From the IMG/VR virus record IMGVR_UViG_3300026521_000001: 64,000 nucleotides of DNA, one strand, 5' to 3'. The notes beneath the pieces are model-generated. The model searched no databases and was not told where the DNA came from. It worked only from the letters and a program-made list of their open reading frames with translations. The translations under genes and the position numbers were made by a program. The DNA comes from an uncultured virus (IMG/VR IMGVR_UViG_3300026521_000001). Its lineage: Duplodnaviria; Heunggongvirae; Uroviricota; Caudoviricetes. Positions 58,201 through 64,000 of the stretch are shown one piece after another. Within the stretch, counting starts at the first letter, position 1; each line of letters opens with the position of its first letter.

Positions 58201-61200
58201 CTCATCTATAGTATCTTTACCTTTATTATTTCCCGTAGTGATTCCTATTTTATTTCCTGTAGCATCTTTTTCTGTTTTTTCAGAAGTCATATTACCACCA
58301 TCAAATACAGATGGAATATCATACCAAATACCATCATCAATCATTGACTTAATTACTTCTTTTATCTGGTTTCTTGTATATTTCCCCATAGATGAAAATC
58401 TGTATTCAGCTAATGCTACTTGATCCAGAGAAGATAATTTAGTTTGTTCTTCTTTAGATAAGAATTTACTTTCTAATCTCTCAAAGAATACTGGTATAGT
58501 AATATTAAAAGCTAATTTGCTTAAATCTTGATTTAATGCAGTAAATTCATCTAAAAATCTAAAATTAGTTTTAAATGCCATTTGTAATAATTTACCTACT
58601 GCATTTTTAAATACTTTCGTAAAATAATCTTCTGTATGTCCTTTCCTTATCTCTACCATATCTAAAGGTAAATCAATAAAATCATCTACTGTAGTATCTA
58701 TTTCTCCATCTTTAACAGGTTTATTTAATTCTTTATCTAATTCTGCTTTACCTGTAATTTCGTTTAATTTATAGGCAGCAAATGCTTTTTTAACTCTTTC
58801 TTTAAGTATATAAGCATTATCTTTATTAGCACTTATATCTATATGTTCTACATCTTTTCTATATTTATACCCTCTTGGATCTGCGTCATAACCAGATAAT
58901 AATTCATTTTCTTTTACATTCAATATATCTCTTACTGTGTTTACTATTTTTTTAAATATTTCTATATATTCTTTTTTATCTTCTTCACTTAAATCTTTTA
59001 ATTTATCAGATATTTTACTAATATCATTATCAAACATATAACGAAGTAAATTTCTTAATGTTATATCTTTTTTACCTAACTTATTCATATCTTTATAGAA
59101 TTTATCTATAAACATGGTGTTATATAATTTTTTAATAATTGCTGCAACAGAAGCACCATAAGTTTTTACCATCATTGCTGGTTTAACTTCTTTTCTTTTA
59201 AAAGCAAAGTTACCATTATCATCTTTAAAATTATTTAGTAAATTATTTATAGCATTAAGAATAACATTATTATCAGTAGGTTTTACTTTATCTTGCCAGT
59301 ATAAAGAATCAGAATCAGCAGTTAATTGCCATCTATTATTGATATTATTATTTGCCATGTAATCACTTATACTTTCTTTGTCTTTTTTATTTAATTCTTC
59401 ATCTTTTTTTAATTTACCATTTTTATTGAACCAGTCAGGTTTAACATCTCCTAACCTCCTTTTGGTACCACTTACCGATTCAGTAAATTCAGGAGTCTTT
59501 GCTTGATCATTAATATATGTTGCTAACGAATTATAGAAATCTTTAAATAATTCATTTTTTTGTAACTCTCCATGAGTTAATTTTCCTTCTTCTTGTAGTT
59601 TTTTATATTCTTTTATCATATCCATTATTTTATCTGGAGGTGTATGTTCTAAACCAAACATATCAATATCTGTAAATATATTATCTTCACTTGGGTTTTT
59701 AGGAGTTATATACACTCCTCCTTTAGCTAATTTATTAAGAATCTTTTGTTTCACAGCCTCAAATGATGCTGCAAAGCCATATCTATCCATTTCATCATAA
59801 GTAGGATTATATTTACCAGAGAATAAAATATTCATAATAGTAATAATCATACCAGAAGTAATAGCATCAGACTCTATAGATAACTCTGTTTCAAACTCTG
59901 TTAATTTAGGATTATTATCTATAGCTTTGACTAAATAATATATTTCATTTAGTGCTTGTAATGCATGTAAATTTTCACCTTTATTCACAAAGTCAGAAAT
60001 AATATCAGTATCTTTTTTAGTGTAATTATCTTCTATTATATTAGATATTGCTTCAAATACAGGTCTAAATTCGTCTGTTATTGAATAAGTCCAACGATCT
60101 AATATTTTTGTAAAATTTATATATTTTTCATTTAATTCACTTATCATATCATTATCTGTTTTCTTATCTGGATCCATATCAAATGCTTGTGCTATTGCTA
60201 AATGAAATAAATCTAAAGCATTATTATTTGTCATATCTAATATAATAGAACCAGTATTCTTTATTTTAACTAAAAATCTATGTACTTTATTATCTTGTGG
60301 ATTGATAGAACTATCCATCATTGTTCTCATATTTTTAGCCATGAACCAGGCAGTTTTAAATCCTTGTTTAATTAAATCAGAAAACATTCTGGTGTATTTA
60401 AGTCTTCTTTTTAAATCTTCATTATTAGAAATTACAGAATTTCTTTGTGTTATATGTACTTCGTTTTCATTTTCTACACCTACCATTGCTTCTTGAGTTT
60501 CTTCATCTAATTTCATGAATAAGTCAAATGTTCTATTTGCTGTGTATATTACTTCATTTGATTCTTTAGTTACAAAACCCATACCTTCATCAGGTAGTTC
60601 AGTAGCTTCAGTACCCTTAATAGTTTCATTTGGAATATATTCATCTTTAGCTTTTATAGGAACAGTCTGTTCATGGTCAAATTTAAGTATTTGAGACATC
60701 ATACTATTCATCATAGAAAAAGTAGTATTTACTCTATCTTTAATATCTTCTATTTTACCTTCTGGTTCAATATTTTTATTAATTTCTAATTTATATAGAT
60801 TATATTGTTTTCTGGTACCATCTCCTGTAAAATCTTCATTTACAGTAGTTTTTACTACTTTAAAATAACCATCTTTATTATTACTTTTAGTACTTTCTAT
60901 AGATACTTTTTCTACTAAATTTAACACAAACATACCTAAAGCTAATTGTGTATCTTCTTTAAAACTTATAGGAACATCATCTGTCCATTTGTATCCTAAC
61001 TCATTATAAACTAATTGTCCTATATCTTTAGCTAATTCATATTTAGGTAACCCATTTTCTTTAATTATATTAAGCATTTTAGTTATTTGACTTTCATCTG
61101 AATTACTATTAAGGAAATCTCTTTCATCTTTATACCCCATCATTTTAATTACTTTAAGTCTATCAACAAATTCATATCCATTTAAAATACTTAATACATT

Positions 61201-62022
61201 AGGCATTAAAGCCTCTATAGTAGAAGCTACTAAAGGATGTAATATATTTTTATCATTTACTTTTTTAGTAAAAGGTAAAAGAAAAGCATCTAAAATATCT
61301 CCTGTTATATATTTATCTTTTCCCTTTATTTTCGCTTTTAAAGTACCATCTTTTATTTCTACTGGTTCAATGTTAGAATTTATAGTTTTATATAAAATAG
61401 TGTACCATAGACTCTTATTATTAGTTAAACCATAACCATATTGAAAATCTTTTATTTTTTCTTTTAAAAAATCTAAATTATCAATAAATTTTTTAAATTC
61501 TTGAGTTTCTGTTATATTAAATTCTTTCCAAGAATCTATAATATGTGGAACCAGATAATTAGATAAATAACTTACATAGCCTTGTTGTTTAATATGAGAT
61601 ATTGAACCAGCTAAAAAAGAAGTATTTAATAGTTTAACTGTTAACTTATCATGTGTATCTTCATTGATAGAAGCAGTATTTTCTCTATGTATATTTGCTC
61701 CTATAGGGTTTATTTTAACAAGAGTTTTATATGCTTTATTTAATTTATTTAGTTTAGTCTTTGCTTTTTTTAAATGTTCTCTTTTTAAAGTTTTTATCTC
61801 ATTTCCTAATTTGATAGAATCTGTAATATAAAGATTTTTTTCTTTATTTATTTTTACTAATTCTTCTCCTAAAAGATTTCTTTTAGTATCTATTTTACTT
61901 TTAATTTTATCTGCTTTAGCTACTTGTTTTTTAATAGTTTGTATATCTTTTTCTATATACTTAATGTTATTATCAAGTCTATATTTTAGTTTTTTTACTT
62001 TAGCATTACATGATTTTCCCAT
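55201..62022 (-). CDS. Virion-encapsidated RNA polymerase, catalytic part (N4 gp50-like), with SLOG-like insertion
   Basis: N.R..M...INPQDNKVHR, motif A ESDAITSG, motif B RKEVKPAMMVKTYG, HQIDS, motif C HIFDAL. Confidence 0.9.
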   Translation of the reverse strand: MGKSCNAKVKKLKYRLDNNIKYIEKDIQTIKKQVAKADKIKSKIDTKRNLLGEELVKINKEKNLYITDSIKLGNEIKTLKREHLKKAKTKLNKLNKAYKTLVKINPIGANIHRENTASINEDTHDKLTVKLLNTSFLAGSISHIKQQGYVSYLSNYLVPHIIDSWKEFNITETQEFKKFIDNLDFLKEKIKDFQYGYGLTNNKSLWYTILYKTINSNIEPVEIKDGTLKAKIKGKDKYITGDILDAFLLPFTKKVNDKNILHPLVASTIEALMPNVLSILNGYEFVDRLKVIKMMGYKDERDFLNSNSDESQITKMLNIIKENGLPKYELAKDIGQLVYNELGYKWTDDVPISFKEDTQLALGMFVLNLVEKVSIESTKSNNKDGYFKVVKTTVNEDFTGDGTRKQYNLYKLEINKNIEPEGKIEDIKDRVNTTFSMMNSMMSQILKFDHEQTVPIKAKDEYIPNETIKGTEATELPDEGMGFVTKESNEVIYTANRTFDLFMKLDEETQEAMVGVENENEVHITQRNSVISNNEDLKRRLKYTRMFSDLIKQGFKTAWFMAKNMRTMMDSSINPQDNKVHRFLVKIKNTGSIILDMTNNNALDLFHLAIAQAFDMDPDKKTDNDMISELNEKYINFTKILDRWTYSITDEFRPVFEAISNIIEDNYTKKDTDIISDFVNKGENLHALQALNEIYYLVKAIDNNPKLTEFETELSIESDAITSGMIITIMNILFSGKYNPTYDEMDRYGFAASFEAVKQKILNKLAKGGVYITPKNPSEDNIFTDIDMFGLEHTPPDKIMDMIKEYKKLQEEGKLTHGELQKNELFKDFYNSLATYINDQAKTPEFTESVSGTKRRLGDVKPDWFNKNGKLKKDEELNKKDKESISDYMANNNINNRWQLTADSDSLYWQDKVKPTDNNVILNAINNLLNNFKDDNGNFAFKRKEVKPAMMVKTYGASVAAIIKKLYNTMFIDKFYKDMNKLGKKDITLRNLLRYMFDNDISKISDKLKDLSEEDKKEYIEIFKKIVNTVRDILNVKENELLSGYDADPRGYKYRKDVEHIDISANKDNAYILKERVKKAFAAYKLNEITGKAELDKELNKPVKDGEIDTTVDDFIDLPLDMVEIRKGHTEDYFTKVFKNAVGKLLQMAFKTNFRFLDEFTALNQDLSKLAFNITIPVFFERLESKFLSKEEQTKLSSLDQVALAEYRFSSMGKYTRNQIKEVIKSMIDDGIWYDIPSVFDGGNMTSEKTEKDATGNKIGITTGNNKGKDTIDEKVDFFIENLPAIGPILAHQIDSKTIVDSLLVNDNLYKAMHIFDALLFGVDNSNNSIIKDYNEALLNNHFNYNTYLAMLSKIGALLKNEETAKHINNVGNLRPLLELKSKIYSALNKDGSLDFNKISKIDEKTISNVFSSLGDILFTIEKSIKDLTDGEALNTAKDKVRDILENYDITVLHNYITDSVDSQFKLKDIKVILDNLFNTLDPDKLNISEEEANTIMDNYLNLTPYIDSKNAGDGLLNVLANLPKISKILHKILQDTEIDNLKDLVIEITDKYGMSEDEHFKNALYDFLKYNLFDKEHKEKSNFYKKTANKAGDNQGFKDFRHWYYNNRNNKSLNNNNNNNTLSENVSIETINNNNYADRTRTNANADVTIAIATDFNTPGEKLTKKAVNQNGKLYLPINIQDGNIKLTKSVINNLVEKIKALGKDSIELNIAGNGIYSFNQTNQDTLNKYLTKLIEELLNNGIKIHLIRSGGQTGIDEAGIIAAINNNIPAKVLGTNNYAFRVTEEEFNKLKEKYNLQPNEYKKVHNNYDIFHKQAFEDRFNKKEEPQEQNNIFNVTNVLLQKRQEFANEFIKNFGNIQNIEYMDVNFNVISDKYKSDYIKIITDKNIEVTYVPSQGARFDTLKNGKDYSSEFMKKMSDIKASIGALYIAETFNNNQQTQQEEQQQVSTTTIYDGTNPHFFVMDTETVMKEAGSLSALELKDGSFITVTGLTRTTKKTYDPDFVERNKDNLTEEGILFFTNIINAVKQKDTELYVMDVDNRNDMVVFGIEPKETNKNANKFVYVTATKNMDDIPSTSDLLEGGSYYIDETGDDIRSDTWQPLKEVIYKKLSNKNKQYKYTELTEDLADLLINLDPNILRQWIYHDKIFSPELVTKLEAMSIEDLLDLTGKNFDSTPTPNVVKSNIYKKLQENKKGFMLITNEALKKEKVSIVEFSQYDQDRMFAVTESMFEQDEKKLSKEYIHKLSEKLHYFSMMHNIPLDEIESIEYNNLC

Positions 62023-62035
62023 AGTATATTATCCT

Positions 62036-64000
62036 TTATTTACATATATTTTCAATTTCTTTTCTTATTATATCAAAGTATTTTTCTGTCTCTTCTAAAT
62101 TTTTAATTATAGTATTTGGATTACTTTTACCAATTATACTTTTTTTAGTCTTATCAATTTGTTTAACTAAGGTCGCTAATGTTTTATCTGGTATCCCAGC
62201 ATCCAGTAATTCTCTACCATTATTTAATATATTCTCTTTTAAATTATTTAAACCGTGTGTATCTCTTTCATAATTATTAGATATATTAGTAATTATTTTA
62301 TCTATAGAGTTTTGTACTTTTTTATAACTATTAGATAATTTATCTATAGTACTTTTTATTTTTATAGATTCTTTATTTTTATTTTTTCTATATCCTCTGT
62401 TCATTTCTAATTGTTGTTCTTTCAATTTAATCTTATTACTTATAATATTTACATCTTTTAATACTTTTTCTACATTAGATACAAACTTTTTAATAGAAGT
62501 ATTTCTAATAACTATATCTTCAGATTCTGTGATTTCAGCTAAGTTATTTATATCATTTATAATATCTGTATCTGCTAATTTAACAGATTTATCTAAATCA
62601 GATATATAATCTCCCTCTATATCAGTTATATCTACTTCATCTAATACAGAGTCTTTGAAATCAGACATATTTTCAGATTGCACAGTACTTTCTGGAGATT
62701 CTGGTTTAACATAAATATCTTTATATGCCCTATTAAATCTGGCTCTTAAAGTTTGAAAGAATCTAAGTTGCTCATTTTTATCTTTAGAAGCTAGATATTT
62801 TAATATATCTTCATTATTTACTGAATCTGTAACCCATAATATTTTACTGTCTACTATTTGTTTTTCTGTTAAAGGTCCTTCACTTTTATTTAACATATGC
62901 TCTATTTTATCAAACATCATATCTACAGCATCATAGTCATAAATAAAATTACCTAATTGCTCATGTATAAATTCTCTCTTATCTTCAATAGCACTTAATA
63001 AATCTGCAATTAACTGTCCTATACTATTATCTATGTCACCACCACTATTAACTTTTTCTTTTAACCATTCAGGAGTTTTAGATTTCTTAGGTTTTTTAGG
63101 AGGGGTACCTGTATTATCTTTAGGTGTAAATGTAGAACTAGAAGAATTATTACTATTATTACTATTATTATTACTATTATTTGAAGTATTAGTATTTGTA
63201 GATATTCTTTTTAATAACTCTTGTAAATTACTAATATCTTCATCTGATAAATTACCATACATATCATCGGTAGGACTCGATATAATAGTTTTATCATTAA
63301 ATTCATACATATTAGTTAAAACATTATTATAGAAATCTTGGAATAATTTAGATACTTCTTCTCTTTCAGTTTCATCTAAATCCTCAGCATTTATAAAGTT
63401 TAAACTAAATTGATCACTTACCCCTTTACTTCCATCTGGTTCAAAGTTAGAAGGCATTACATTCTTTATAGTAACTTCCTTAGTATCTGGATTATATTCC
63501 ACATTTACTTGTATTAAATTACTTTTACCTACTTTCATTATAATAGAATCAGTACGAGTACCAGTAGTCTGTCCTTCTTGTTGTGATACATCTTCAGAAT
63601 TAACTAAAATACTAAATAACTTACTTTTATTATCAATTAATCTTTTTATAGTTGATAAAATATCTTCTTTATTCTGTGTAAGTTTAAAAGAACCAGTAAG
63701 ATACATATTAGTTATAAATTCTACTATATCAGGATTATTTTTTATATTAACATCAGTATCTGTAGAATCATCTCCCCTATTTTCTATCTGTTTATCACTT
63801 TGTAATTTATCTAAATTATCTTTGTTAGTAATTATACTTCTACCGTTAGAAATATCTTTTATAGAAGTAATAGTAATATTATTATATTTGTCATTTATAG
63901 TACCTTTAATTTCGTATAATTTACCGTTTTGGTTTTTAGTTATAGTAAAAAAGTAATCGCCATTATCAGCTTTAGCAAAGTTTTTAACATTATATGATTG
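62036..64000 (-). CDS. Partial large virion/ejection protein (probable vRNAP N-terminal-domain equivalent)
   Basis: Reading frame stays open from the stop at 62036 to the window end, beyond the ORF-track Met at 63706; low-complexity N/S linker; ends ENICK. Confidence 0.7.
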   Translation of the reverse strand, partial: QSYNVKNFAKADNGDYFFTITKNQNGKLYEIKGTINDKYNNITITSIKDISNGRSIITNKDNLDKLQSDKQIENRGDDSTDTDVNIKNNPDIVEFITNMYLTGSFKLTQNKEDILSTIKRLIDNKSKLFSILVNSEDVSQQEGQTTGTRTDSIIMKVGKSNLIQVNVEYNPDTKEVTIKNVMPSNFEPDGSKGVSDQFSLNFINAEDLDETEREEVSKLFQDFYNNVLTNMYEFNDKTIISSPTDDMYGNLSDEDISNLQELLKRISTNTNTSNNSNNNSNNSNNSSSSTFTPKDNTGTPPKKPKKSKTPEWLKEKVNSGGDIDNSIGQLIADLLSAIEDKREFIHEQLGNFIYDYDAVDMMFDKIEHMLNKSEGPLTEKQIVDSKILWVTDSVNNEDILKYLASKDKNEQLRFFQTLRARFNRAYKDIYVKPESPESTVQSENMSDFKDSVLDEVDITDIEGDYISDLDKSVKLADTDIINDINNLAEITESEDIVIRNTSIKKFVSNVEKVLKDVNIISNKIKLKEQQLEMNRGYRKNKNKESIKIKSTIDKLSNSYKKVQNSIDKIITNISNNYERDTHGLNNLKENILNNGRELLDAGIPDKTLATLVKQIDKTKKSIIGKSNPNTIIKNLEETEKYFDIIRKEIENICK

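Noticed and set aside
538..63332. Many antisense or alternate-frame ORFs in the track (e.g. 538-1029, 3304-3591, 19273-19710, 26203-26589, 31798-32160, 57692-57982, 63033-63332)
   Set aside because: They lie opposite or inside well-supported genes, lack an RBS and have the Leu/Ser/Ile/Phe-rich composition of shadow frames
1..64000. Prophage or integration module
   Set aside because: No integrase, repressor, att-like junction or host genes; content fits a lytic N4-like genome

Overview
The window is most of a very AT-rich N4-like (Schitoviridae-type) lytic phage genome, apparently circularly permuted. Bases 1-23.7 kb on the minus strand carry the late module: major capsid, portal, LamG tail proteins, M15 endolysin and terminase. 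A structured non-coding junction at 23.7-24.1 kb is the probable genome-end region. Bases 24.1-50.8 kb on the plus strand carry early and middle genes: two-subunit RNAP II, family A DNA polymerase, PD-(D/E)XK nuclease, MoxR/vWA pair, primase, SSB, RusA-like nuclease, ThyX and a Tad2-like anti-defence protein. Bases 50.8-64 kb on the minus strand carry the virion RNA polymerase locus. Four observations stand out. (1) The vRNAP, a single ~3500-aa protein in N4, is split into at least three genes, and their otherwise almost Cys-free products carry Cys at the adjoining termini, suggesting a disulfide-linked ejection chain with added SLOG and papain-like domains. (2) Three hairpins with tandem G.A pairs fold only on the template strand and are candidate vRNAP promoters. 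(3) GAWCCA(G) is in large excess genome-wide. (4) There are several candidate structured RNAs. AAGGA ribosome-binding sites and TGnTATAAT promoters suggest a Campylobacterota-like host (inference). All family assignments come from motif recognition by eye, not database searches.
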